The notes beneath the pieces were generated by a model that saw only the letters and a list, made by a program, of their open reading frames with translations, did no database searches and was not told the DNA's origin. From a bacterium (GTDB taxonomy: Bacteria > Zhuqueibacterota > Zhuqueibacteria > Zhuqueibacterales > Zhuqueibacteraceae): a DNA stretch of 64,000 nucleotides. Positions within the stretch are counted from its first letter, which is position 1. Each line of letters opens with the position of its first letter. The stretch lies in assembly GCA_044869275.1 (NCBI GenBank), contig JBIOXB010000034.1:32001-96000 (forward strand), given 5' to 3'. The position numbers and the translations under genes are program-made. This document shows positions 38,406 to 47,718 of this stretch, piece after piece.

Positions 38406-39275
38406 TCACAAAATCGGCCGGCGTTCCCGCGCCATGTTTTCTTGCAAGGCGGCCAGAGCCTGCTCGACATATTCCGGCGCGATGCCGAAAACTTCGTGAA
38501 TGGTTTGATGCAAATTTCGCTTGAGGTTGACACGGCGTTTGCCCGTGCGCGAAGTGATGCGCATGTAATCCTTCAAAATAAAAACCAGCTCGTCCTCCTG
38601 CACCCGCGTCAGGCACAGGCCGTGCATGCTGTTGCGGTGAAAAGAAGCCTGCCAATGCGTGAGAAATTCCTGCGCGGGCACGGGCCGGTCAACAAAACGA
38701 TAGCGCCATTTTACGCCCGCGGGAGTGAACGTGAATAAATCATAGCTGTGCGCGAGCGGGTCGAAGCGCAGCTCCACGCCGTTATGCTCGTTGTGATAGA
38801 GCCGCGGCTGGGCGGGATCGAGCGCCATGGGCCGGCGCAGCACGTAGCCCGGATCGACCAAATACTTTATGCCGTCCAGCATCACGACCAGCGCGCAATG
38901 GATGTTGCGCCCGGCCTTCATATCGCCCATGACGACATAGCAGGAGAAGCCGTGCTGCAGCAAAATGCTTTGCAGGAAGAACGTCAACGAGAAACAGGTG
39001 CCGCCGGTGCGATAATGCAGATGATCCTCCATCACCTCCTCGGGCAAGCGCAAGCGGCTGTGCTGATCTTCGGCGTGGCGATTGAATTTGAGAATCTTGC
39101 TGAGATTTTCATAGGGCAGATGCGAAAAAGCGGCAAGGATTTGCTGCAGAGAAACCAGCGCCGGCCGGGCCGGCGCCAAGGAAAAATGCGTGAGAAAGCG
39201 CCGGCCGCCCGCCGTATGGCGGAGGGGGTCGATCTCGAAACTTCCGGACACGCTAATTTGAGGCATCATGATCAT
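38406..39275 (-). CDS. Arylamine N-acetyltransferase family protein
   Basis: 'LPYENL', catalytic triad context 'GGTCFSL', 'HCAL', 'VDPG'. Confidence 0.85.
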   Translation of the reverse strand: MIMMPQISVSGSFEIDPLRHTAGGRRFLTHFSLAPARPALVSLQQILAAFSHLPYENLSKILKFNRHAEDQHSRLRLPEEVMEDHLHYRTGGTCFSLTFFLQSILLQHGFSCYVVMGDMKAGRNIHCALVVMLDGIKYLVDPGYVLRRPMALDPAQPRLYHNEHNGVELRFDPLAHSYDLFTFTPAGVKWRYRFVDRPVPAQEFLTHWQASFHRNSMHGLCLTRVQEDELVFILKDYMRITSRTGKRRVNLKRNLHQTIHEVFGIAPEYVEQALAALQENMARERRPIL

Positions 39276-39299
39276 GGCCGAGCGCTTTAGGCGTTTAGC

Positions 39300-39369
39300 T
39301 CATCGCGGAGGGATCTTTTTCTGCACTTGATGCCGTGCTTATGCTGAAAAAGCTCCTTCCGGGGTGACA
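39300..39369. repeat. About 70-bp palindromic intergenic element, copy 1
   Basis: Shares gggatctt ... gtg[ca]ttatgctg.a.aag..tccttc.g with 44867-44942. Confidence 0.55.
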
Positions 39370-39525
39370 AAAAGTGCTTGCGACACCCAACTCAACATTG
39401 TCGAGCCAAGCGTGACGTTGAATATAAAGTCCGCACGGCAAAGGGGCAATGGGATTTTTGCCATCGCCATTTTTCCGCACCGTGAAAAGGCTTGTCCAGA
39501 GGCGGATTTTTGGCTACTATTTGGC

Positions 39526-40455
39526 ATGATTCTCACCGTCACTCCCAACCCCATGCTCGACAAGACGCTGTGGCTCGAGGAGCTGCGCACCGGCGAAACT
39601 CATCGCGCGCAACGCCTGGAAGTCATTGCCGGCGGCAAGGGCATCAACGTGGCGCGTGCACTGCGGGGCTTGGGTGAAAATACCTTGGCAACCGGGTTTC
39701 TCGGCGGCCCCGCCGGCACGACCATGCGCGCCTTGCTGGATAGCGATAGCATTCCGCACGAGTTCATTGAGACTGCCGGCACCACGCGCGAAGGCTTCAC
39801 CGTGGTTGAGAATAAATCCGGCAGGCGTACGGCCGTATTCGAGCCCGGACCGCAATTGTACCCAAAGGAAGTGGAAGCTTTGCTGGCATTTGTGCAAAGG
39901 CGCTTGCCTGAATCTCGTGCGCTTGCCCTGTGCGGCAGCATGCCCAGTCCGGGCTATGACGAGTTGTATGCCGAAATGATTCACCTGGCGCATGCCGCGC
40001 ACGTGCCGGTTTTTCTGGACAGCTATCTGGAGCCATTGAAATTGGGATTGGCGGCGCGGCCGCAATTTCTCAAGCCCAATCGTGAAGAAGCCTTGCAGAC
40101 TTTCGGCATCGATACGCGCGCTGCCGGCGGCATGCAAAAAGTCATGCACCGGCTGGCGAGTTTTGGCACGCAATGCTTCTTCCTCACGGACGCCGATCGC
40201 CCCATAGGCGTGGGGCTGCATGGCAAACAATATCTCGCCACCCCGCCACCCGTCGCCTGCCGCAACCCGCTCGGCAGCGGCGATGCCATGGTGGCCGGTT
40301 TCTTATATGCCTGGCTGCAGGGCTGGCCGGCGGAGGAATTGATCCGCTTTGCGGTAGCCGCCGGCAGCGTGAATGCCCGGCACACGATGCCCGGCTATGC
40401 GAATTTGGAAGAAATCAAAGCGCTGGCAGTGCAGGTAAAGATAGAGTCTTCGTAA
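39526..40455 (+). CDS. 1-phosphofructokinase-family (PfkB) hexose kinase
   Basis: 'MILTVTPNPMLDKT', 'AGGKGINVAR', 'LKPNREE', 'NPLGSGDAMVAG'. Confidence 0.9.
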   Translation: MILTVTPNPMLDKTLWLEELRTGETHRAQRLEVIAGGKGINVARALRGLGENTLATGFLGGPAGTTMRALLDSDSIPHEFIETAGTTREGFTVVENKSGRRTAVFEPGPQLYPKEVEALLAFVQRRLPESRALALCGSMPSPGYDELYAEMIHLAHAAHVPVFLDSYLEPLKLGLAARPQFLKPNREEALQTFGIDTRAAGGMQKVMHRLASFGTQCFFLTDADRPIGVGLHGKQYLATPPPVACRNPLGSGDAMVAGFLYAWLQGWPAEELIRFAVAAGSVNARHTMPGYANLEEIKALAVQVKIESS

Positions 40456-40516
40456 CGATTCGAATGCCATTCGCATGACTTGTTGTTTATCAACCTCAAC
40501 CTTCACAGGAGGGCTT

Positions 40517-41206
40517 ATGAGAAGAACTCTTATGGCAGTTGTTTTTTGCCTGCTTCCCGGATTGGCGGCCGCACAGGTGACGCCGAAATTCCAACGCGGC
40601 GGGAAGGCCTTGTTGTTTTCCTTTGCCGGTCTGGACAATCTGAACGCGAATAGCTTCAATGGCGGCTTTGGGGGAAAGTATTATCTTTCGCCGACCAAGG
40701 CACTGCGCGGGGGAATACAGCTTGCCACAGCAAGCCGTGACATTCCGTCAAATGCATCTGCCGGCGTCGAAGCGCAAGACGGCAAAATATCGGGAACAAC
40801 CATTGGCCTCAGCGGCGCCATCGAGGTGCACAGCGGGTCCGGTCGCGTGAGTCCATTTATTGGCGCCGGTGCCGCCTTTGCAACGACGTCAACGGAAAAC
40901 AAAGAGGCGAATATCGGTGCCCCCTCCGGGCAAACGACCGTCAAAAACAATCCTGCTGGCGAAACGATCGGCGGTATCACTTTTGTGCCGGGGAATCGAT
41001 TTGACATTTTTGCCCTGTTGGGTGTTGAGTTTTTTATCGTCAAAGAACTGAGTCTGGCCGCCGAGTACCGACTTGGTTTCAGCAATGTCTCCGGCAAAGA
41101 CGTCGAGGTGACGCAGGGTACCTCTTCAACTATCTCCAAGGTGGGCGACGCCAGCGGTATGGGCATCGCCACGGCCGGGGTGCTGACCTTGGCTTTCTAT
41201 TTTTAG
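40517..41206 (+). CDS. Outer-membrane beta-barrel protein
   Basis: GGAGG RBS; signal peptide; alternating amphipathic strands; C-terminal 'LTLAFYF'. Confidence 0.82.
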   Translation: MRRTLMAVVFCLLPGLAAAQVTPKFQRGGKALLFSFAGLDNLNANSFNGGFGGKYYLSPTKALRGGIQLATASRDIPSNASAGVEAQDGKISGTTIGLSGAIEVHSGSGRVSPFIGAGAAFATTSTENKEANIGAPSGQTTVKNNPAGETIGGITFVPGNRFDIFALLGVEFFIVKELSLAAEYRLGFSNVSGKDVEVTQGTSSTISKVGDASGMGIATAGVLTLAFYF

Positions 41207-41460
41207 ATCCCACGAGCCCAATGACATGGTAAGAGGCGAGCCTGCGATCGTGCCGCCGGTCGATTGGATTTACAACTGGCCGAGGCCTCCGTAGGAAAAT
41301 GCGCGCTTACCATGAGCATAGGCAATCAGGACACGTGTGAATGGCTTGCATAATCCGCGGAGCGCTGCTCTGCCACAGCATAGCGGCGCTCCGCTCTCCA
41401 TTGAAAGGAATGAAAGAATTCGTTTCTTCAAACGCCCACCATCAATAATCATAAGCTAAT

Positions 41461-41591
41461 CGCATAACCCAGGACAGGCCGGAAACACAAAATTCAAAAC
41501 ACAAAATCCAAAACTGGTTTTGAATTTTGAGCTTTGGATTTTGAATTTTTCCCAAAAAGGCACAGACTTCACCTGTAATCCGCATAACCCA
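41461..41591. repeat. Heptamer-based inverted-repeat element flanked by 11-bp direct repeats
   Basis: cgcataaccca at 41461 and 41581; arms built from AAATTCA/AAACACA/AAATCCA units and their complements. Confidence 0.6.
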
Positions 41592-41669
41592 ATCGTCATT
41601 CGGTGCTTTTTTATTTTGGATTTTTCACTTACGTTGCCGCGGTATATTTCACTCACCAGGGAAAGACGA

Positions 41670-43292
41670 ATGAAACTGACCTTAAGACTCGCCGCACTGC
41701 CGTTGCTCGTTTTTTCATATTCTGTCCTCGCCCAGAACACTCCCAACTTGCGCTTGTTGCAGGCGATCGACCCTGTGCCCACGCCCGGCAATCCGTTTCG
41801 CTATGGCGAAGTCACGGGCTGTGGCGATATCGCCGTGATCGCCGGATGGAGCTTCGACGGCACGGGCAGAAATGTGTATCTGTACGACGTCAGTGCGCCG
41901 CAGTCGCCTCGGCAGCTCGCGGTGGTGCCCAGCCCCATCTCGGTTTATGACGTGCAAATTCACGGCCGCTATCTCTATTTCGCCGTGCAAAATCAAGGCT
42001 ACATCGACGTTGTCGATATCATCGATCCCACTGCGCCCGTGCTGGTCAATCGTTTTCAGCCCTCCAATCCGGCGATCAGCCCGCACACGTTTTTTGTGGC
42101 AGGCAAGGGTCTTTACATTGCGAATAATTACGCGCCAGGCGTCACCGTCTTCGACCTCACCGACAAGAATAATATTGTTTATAGAGGCCTTTTCAATACC
42201 GATTTTGGCACTCCCCACGACAACACGGTCATTCACAACACGCTGTATGCCGCGTTTATTTTCTCCCCCGCCGGACTTTGGCTGGCAGACGTCAGCGATC
42301 TCTCCTCGCCGAAATCCCTCGCCGAAGCGAAATATCCCGGCGCCGGCACACACAACGCCTGGCCCACGGAAGACGAGCGTTACGTGCTCACCACGGATGA
42401 AATCGGCACCACCTCGCACAACATTAAGATCTGGGACACGCAGGGCGCAGCGCCGGAACTGGTGGCCGAATACGCCGCCAATCCCAGCGCGATCGTACAC
42501 AATGTTTACGTGCGCGGCCGTTACGCTTACATGAGCTATTATTGCGAGGGCATCCGCATCATCGATATTCAGGATCCCCGCAATCCCGTGGAAGTGGCGG
42601 CTTATGACCTCAACGGCAATGAGCCGTGCTCGAGCTACCGTTCGACCTGGGGCATGTATCCTTTTTCAAAGTACATTTACGCCAGCGACATGAACCTGGG
42701 ACTTCATATCTTCGAATTCGATCAACACCCGCCCGCAAATCTCACCGGCACGGTGAAAGATGCGCAAACCGGCACCGCGATTCCCGGCGCGTATGTTTAT
42801 TTTCCGGATGAATACGCCACGACGAGAAGCAACACGAACGGCGAATATGAAATTCCATGGTTCAAAAACGATCGCGTGCGCGTGGCCGCGGATGCGCTCG
42901 GGTATCAAGCGGATACGTTGGAGACCAATACCACTGCCACCGGCAGCATACAACTCAATTTCACTCTACGTAAGAGCGGCACCGCCGTTGACGAAGAGCC
43001 CGCCAACCGGCCGCAGGAATTCGCTCTGCATGCAAACTATCCCAACCCTTTTAATCCCGCTACTACGATCTCATATGATGTGCCGCGCGCCTCTCAGCTA
43101 ACGTTGAAGATTTACAACATGCTTGGCGTGGAGGTGCGTACGTTGGTTGAGGCCTGGCAAGAACCCGGATACAAAACCCTGCAATGGGATGGCCGCGACA
43201 ATGCTGGACAGATTCTGCCCAGCGGTATTTACTTCTATCGCCTGCAGGCGGACGGTTTTGCGCAGACCAAGAAGCTGGCGGTGGTCAGGTAG
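41670..43292 (+). CDS. Secreted LVIVD-repeat beta-propeller protein (choice-of-anchor B-like) with carboxypeptidase-regulatory-like and T9SS/FlgD-type C-terminal domains
   Basis: Signal peptide; 'THNAWPTED..YVLTTDE', 'VHNVYVRG..AYMSYY.EGIRIIDI', 'WGMYPF', 'GTVKDAQTGTAIPGA', 'HANYPNPFNPAT...KKLAVVR'. Confidence 0.85.
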   Translation: MKLTLRLAALPLLVFSYSVLAQNTPNLRLLQAIDPVPTPGNPFRYGEVTGCGDIAVIAGWSFDGTGRNVYLYDVSAPQSPRQLAVVPSPISVYDVQIHGRYLYFAVQNQGYIDVVDIIDPTAPVLVNRFQPSNPAISPHTFFVAGKGLYIANNYAPGVTVFDLTDKNNIVYRGLFNTDFGTPHDNTVIHNTLYAAFIFSPAGLWLADVSDLSSPKSLAEAKYPGAGTHNAWPTEDERYVLTTDEIGTTSHNIKIWDTQGAAPELVAEYAANPSAIVHNVYVRGRYAYMSYYCEGIRIIDIQDPRNPVEVAAYDLNGNEPCSSYRSTWGMYPFSKYIYASDMNLGLHIFEFDQHPPANLTGTVKDAQTGTAIPGAYVYFPDEYATTRSNTNGEYEIPWFKNDRVRVAADALGYQADTLETNTTATGSIQLNFTLRKSGTAVDEEPANRPQEFALHANYPNPFNPATTISYDVPRASQLTLKIYNMLGVEVRTLVEAWQEPGYKTLQWDGRDNAGQILPSGIYFYRLQADGFAQTKKLAVVR

Positions 43293-43316
43293 TGACCAGC
43301 AGCATGTGCTGATTCC

Positions 43317-44084
43317 ATGATTCAACTCACACCGCAAAAATTGGCGACTTTGAGCGGCTGGTTCGCGCTGCGCCGTCCCGGGCCGCAGATAGGCCTGCAT
43401 ATCTTGCGAACGGGAAATGGCGCATGTTTCGTTGACCGTTGGCCGAACCCGCGTTCATTGCTCATGGGTACTGCAGGAAACTATTCCCTCGCAGGCGATC
43501 CGGAAGCGCTGAGTCCGGTTGATTTGCGACCTCGCATTGCTGGCTTCGTTGAGGCAGAGGAACAATTTGTACCGGTTTTGCTGGCGGCGTTTACCAAGGT
43601 GAATCCCTGGGAGCGCATAATCTTTGAATTGCAGGCAAAACCACGTTTCTCATTGCCGCAGGCGCAAATTATTCGCCGTCTCGAACCGGCTGACGCATTC
43701 AATCTTTGGGGATTGAGCCCCGATGTGAATTGGATCTGCAAGACCTGGGGCGGTCCTGCCGGCTTAGCGGCGAGCGGCTGCGCGTGGGGAGCGTTTGCAG
43801 AAGAACGGCTCGTCGCAGTGGCGTGTTCATTTTACGTCGGCGAACACTACGAGGACATTGGCGTCGTGACCGAGCCGGAATTTCGCGGCTTGGGGCTCAG
43901 CCGTGCTTGCGCTGGCGCGCTTTGTGAAGATATTCAGAGCAGAGGACGCCGGCCAAGCTGGACCACCTCGCCTGACAACATCGCCAGCATGCGAGTGGCG
44001 GAGAAGCTGGGTTTCGCGCTGCAAAGAAGCGATTTGCTTTATGCGATCGGTGTTCCGATCCCCGCGCCGCCTCGGCGAGAGTAA
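43317..44084 (+). CDS. GNAT family N-acetyltransferase
   Basis: 'EDIGVVTEPEFRGLGLSRACA', 'NIASMRVAEKLGF'. Confidence 0.85.
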   Translation: MIQLTPQKLATLSGWFALRRPGPQIGLHILRTGNGACFVDRWPNPRSLLMGTAGNYSLAGDPEALSPVDLRPRIAGFVEAEEQFVPVLLAAFTKVNPWERIIFELQAKPRFSLPQAQIIRRLEPADAFNLWGLSPDVNWICKTWGGPAGLAASGCAWGAFAEERLVAVACSFYVGEHYEDIGVVTEPEFRGLGLSRACAGALCEDIQSRGRRPSWTTSPDNIASMRVAEKLGFALQRSDLLYAIGVPIPAPPRRE

Positions 44085-44142
44085 TACAGATGACGAATTG
44101 CTGGTCAACCCACGCCGCAACGGCGAAAACGGAGAATCGACC

Positions 44143-44832
44143 ATGAAAACCATTGGCGTTCTCGGCGGGCTTGGCCCGCAAGCGACCATGGACTTTGAGG
44201 CGCGTGTGCATCGAGTTGCCCAACGCCTCCTCCCGCAGCATCAAAACAGCGGCTATCCGCCGATGATCGTCTTTTACTATCGCCATCCACCCATTCTCCT
44301 GCATGAAGACCATTCACCGCGGTTGCCGATACAACCCGATCCTCGCTTGCTCGAGGTTGCCAAACGGGCGGGAGCTGTGGCCGATTTTCTGGTCATTACT
44401 TCCAACACTCCACACCTGATTCAAAAAGAAATCGAGCAAGCCGCCGGTTGCAAAGTGTTGAGCATGATCGCAGCAACCTTGGAAGAAACCCAGCGGCGCC
44501 AATGGCGCAAGATAGGAGTCTTGGGGTACGGCGAACCCATCGTCTATACCCAACCGATGGCAGAATTGAATATCGCCTACGAAACGATAGACCCCGGGCT
44601 GCGCACCAAACTTGACGGAGTGATCATGAAACTGATGGAAGGCCGCAATGATGCCGCCTCAACCGCGATCGCGCGCGAGGCGATCGCCGTGCTGCGCGCC
44701 AAGAAGGTAGAGGGAATTATTCTCGGCTGCACGGAAATACCGTTGATGCTTCATGAGCATGGAGAGGCGCCTGATCTGGTTAACCCTGCTCAGTTGCTGG
44801 CGGAAGCAACGGTGAGGTCTGCTTTGGCTTAA
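44143..44832 (+). CDS. Aspartate/glutamate racemase family protein
   Basis: 'MKTIGVLGGLGPQAT', 'VITSNTPH', 'IILGCTEIP'; GGAG RBS. Confidence 0.88.
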   Translation: MKTIGVLGGLGPQATMDFEARVHRVAQRLLPQHQNSGYPPMIVFYYRHPPILLHEDHSPRLPIQPDPRLLEVAKRAGAVADFLVITSNTPHLIQKEIEQAAGCKVLSMIAATLEETQRRQWRKIGVLGYGEPIVYTQPMAELNIAYETIDPGLRTKLDGVIMKLMEGRNDAASTAIAREAIAVLRAKKVEGIILGCTEIPLMLHEHGEAPDLVNPAQLLAEATVRSALA

Positions 44833-44866
44833 GCGCAGTACTGCTTTGTTGATATCCCCTTAGCCA

Positions 44867-44942
44867 TGTCATCCCGCCGTTGCGGGATCTTGGTAGAATC
44901 AAGCACTGTGATTATGCTGCACAAGATTCCTTCTGAATGATA
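44867..44942. repeat. About 70-bp palindromic intergenic element, copy 2
   Basis: tgtcatcccg...gggatctt...aagattccttctgaatgata; related to 39300-39369. Confidence 0.55.
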
Positions 44943-44994
44943 TCGTCAAGTTCCTACAAGAATTACGGTGACATTACACTAATGGATGATCGCA

Positions 44995-45402
44995 ATGAGA
45001 AAGATTGTCTATCACGTGGGCATGACGCTCGACAATTATATAGCTCACGAAGATGGCTCCATTGGCGGTTTCTCGAATTTCGCGGAAGGGGAGCACGTGA
45101 CGGAGTATCTTGAAAGTCTCAAGGCGTACGATACGGTGTTGATGGGCAGAGCGACGTATGAGTTTGGTTATCAATATGGCCTAAAACCGGGGCAGCCCGC
45201 CTATCCTCACATGCAGCACTATATCTTCTCCAAGACTTTGCGATTCGACGCGACGCCCGGGGCCCGCGTCAAGATCGTCGCCAAAGACTTATCAAAACGG
45301 AGCAGTGTTATTGACCTACAAGTTGAACTATGGCTAGAAACCCTCTCAAGGCGGCGGGCAACGACCTCGTTCCCAACACCTCATGAACGAACGGGAGCAT
45401 GA
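44995..45402 (+). pseudogene. Dihydrofolate reductase / RibD C-terminal family protein, truncated
   Basis: 'MRKIVYHVGMTLDNYIA', 'DTVLMGRATYE', 'YIFSKTL'; the conserved C-terminal GG..L..DE..P..G half is absent. Confidence 0.7.
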
Positions 45403-45486
45403 CTTGCGGTGAAATGATTTTTGTTTGCATTTAGCCCAGAATATGCGCTCATTTTATCGCGCTTTGTGTTGTGTCTGCCTGAATTT

Positions 45487-45636
45487 TGCAACGAAAGGAG
45501 AACCGCAACGAAAAAAGCCTTTAGAACCGCGATCTTCATCGAGCATGCTTAAAAACACCAAGCCACCCATTGGGTGAGTTTCGATAAAGCTTTCGAATTG
45601 AAAACCTTCTTTCGTTGCGGTTCCTTTTTCGTTGCA
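45487..45636. repeat. 150-bp element with 31-bp imperfect terminal inverted repeats
   Basis: Arms 45487-45517 and 45606-45636 match at 27 of 31 positions by manual alignment. Confidence 0.65.
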
Positions 45637-45689
45637 GGCAATTTTTTGAGTGCACAATTCAGGTTCCAGCTACTCTTCTCACGACATAA

Positions 45690-47375
45690 ATGGAGTCTTT
45701 TATTTCGCCGCCATTCATGGAACACCAACTTTCAAAGCCCGGCTGGTTGCTGCAAATCGAGAGCATCTTCGACGCCATGAGCGAGGGCGTGGCCGTTCTG
45801 GAAGCGGGCCGCGTCCTGTTCGTCAATGAGGCGATGCTGCATATGACCGGCTTTCAGCGCCGGGACATGATTGGCCGTGCCAGCACCGACTTCTTCGCGC
45901 CGGAAGACTTGCCATTCATTCAGCAGCAAGTTGAGCTCCGCGAACGCAAAGGGCACGTTCGTTTTGAGTATTACGTGCTGGGCAAGAACGGCGCGAAGGT
46001 GCCGACCATCATCAGCAGCCGCACCTTCCGCGGCCCAGAGCAGCGCCAGTTCGCCATCGTCACCTGTGCCGACATCCGCGAGCAGAAGCTGGCGGAGGCG
46101 AGATTGCGCGAGGTCAACGCGCACCTGCAGGAGAGTGAGGCCCGCAAGGATGCGATGATGCAATCCGCGCTCGATTGCATCATCTCCATCGATCATCAAG
46201 GCAAGATTATAGAGTTCAACCCCGCAGCCGAGAAAACTTTTGGCTACAAGCGCGCACGGGTTTTGGGCAAAGAACTGGCGGCAACCATTGTTCCTCCTGC
46301 TCTGCGAGAAGCGCACCGGCGCGGGCTGGCACATTATCTCGCCACCGGCCAGGGTCCGGTTCTGGGCAAACGTATTGAGATCACTGGCATGCGCGCGGAT
46401 GGTGCTGAGTTTCCCGTGGAGCTGGCCATCGTGTCAATTCATTTGGGAGATCATCCCATATTTACCGCTTATCTTCGCGATATTACCGCACGCAAGCGCG
46501 CGGAGAAAGAATTGCGCCAGGCCAAAGAAGTGGCGGAGACGGCCAACCATGTCAAAGGCGAATTGCTGGCCGAGCTGAAAGCGAGGCACGATGAGCTTGA
46601 AACAACTTTGCACCAGCTCAAAATCATTCAGCACAAATTAGAGACAGAAAACGCGCGCAAGGCCCGTGAGCTGGAAGAAGCGCGCCGGCTGCAGCTTGCC
46701 CTGTTGCCCAAGACCATTCCGAAACTGCCGCACCTTGACATCGCAGTCTTCATGCAAACGGCCACTGAAGTCGGCGGCGACTACTATGACTTCAATGTGA
46801 ATGCCGAGGGGGTCCTGACCGTGGCCATCGGAGATGCGACCGGCCACGGCTTGCAAGCCGGAACGATCGTCGCTTCCACCAAAAGCCTGTTCAAGGCTTT
46901 GGTGGATGAGCCGCATCCTGCTCAAGTTTTAAGAAAGATGTCGCTCGCCTTGAAATCCATGGGATTTCGCAAAATGTTCATGGCGATGACCGTGGCGAAA
47001 TTTCATGATCATCGCCTGACCGTATCGGCTGCGGGCATGCCTTTTACATTGGTGCACCGGGCGTCGACCGGCCACACTGAAAAAGTGATTCTAAAAGCCG
47101 TGCCCCTGGGAAGTTTTCCTGATTTCGAATATCAGCAAAAGGTTTTGAAATTGCGGCCCGGGGACACGGTGCTTTTTGTGAGTGATGGTCTGCATGAAAC
47201 GTTCAATAGGCGAGAGGAGATGCTGGGGGAAAGCCGAGTGATTAAATTGTTTACTGAAATTGCCCAAAAGCGACCCGACCGGATCGTCGCGCATTTGAGC
47301 CAGGCGGCAAAGGCCTGGGCCAACGGACGAATGCAGCATGACGATATGACGATTCTGGCTATGAAAATTCGGTAG
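45690..47375 (+). CDS. PAS-PAS-coiled coil-SpoIIE (PP2C) protein phosphatase
   Basis: Two PAS/PAC domains; 'EARRLQLALLP', 'EVGGDYYDF', 'IGDATGHG', 'SDGLHE', 'DDMTILAM'. Confidence 0.9.
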   Translation: MESFISPPFMEHQLSKPGWLLQIESIFDAMSEGVAVLEAGRVLFVNEAMLHMTGFQRRDMIGRASTDFFAPEDLPFIQQQVELRERKGHVRFEYYVLGKNGAKVPTIISSRTFRGPEQRQFAIVTCADIREQKLAEARLREVNAHLQESEARKDAMMQSALDCIISIDHQGKIIEFNPAAEKTFGYKRARVLGKELAATIVPPALREAHRRGLAHYLATGQGPVLGKRIEITGMRADGAEFPVELAIVSIHLGDHPIFTAYLRDITARKRAEKELRQAKEVAETANHVKGELLAELKARHDELETTLHQLKIIQHKLETENARKARELEEARRLQLALLPKTIPKLPHLDIAVFMQTATEVGGDYYDFNVNAEGVLTVAIGDATGHGLQAGTIVASTKSLFKALVDEPHPAQVLRKMSLALKSMGFRKMFMAMTVAKFHDHRLTVSAAGMPFTLVHRASTGHTEKVILKAVPLGSFPDFEYQQKVLKLRPGDTVLFVSDGLHETFNRREEMLGESRVIKLFTEIAQKRPDRIVAHLSQAAKAWANGRMQHDDMTILAMKIR

Positions 47376-47400
47376 AGACGTCCCGGCGGGACGTCTCTAC
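47372..47400. repeat. GTAG-type REP-like palindrome
   Basis: gtagagacgtccc-ggc-gggacgtctctac, a perfect 13-bp stem that overlaps the TAG stop. Confidence 0.7.
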
Positions 47401-47562
47401 TCGTTCCACCGCTCTGCGGTGGAATGCATGCGGTGACGCTCTGCGTCCTGAAAAGTTAGGCTTTAAAAAGTATTGCGAAAACAAATTGTGGTCGAACAAA
47501 AAGCTGGAAGGCAGAGCGTTTCAACAAGCATCACGACCCCGACGGTTCTGGGTCGTGACGAG
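47400..47562. repeat. Composite hairpin element
   Basis: ctcgt..ttccaccgc-tct-gcggtggaa..gctctgc / gcagagc..tcacgaccc..gggtcgtga..cgag; nested inverted repeats. Confidence 0.55.
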
Positions 47563-47718
47563 AGCGCGTTTTTACACAGGCTGATTCTTTCAGCATGACA
47601 AATGACAACGACAGGGCGGTTTAGCTGAATACGAAAATAAGAACGATATAATCAGTACAAATAATATCTGCGTTCATCCGCGCCATCCGCGAAAGTGGAT
47701 TTCCCGGAACTTGCGCCT

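Noticed and set aside
36603..38738. 711-aa plus-strand ORF
   Set aside because: Antisense shadow of the clearly conserved gdh, NAT and DUF971 genes; no motifs of its own.
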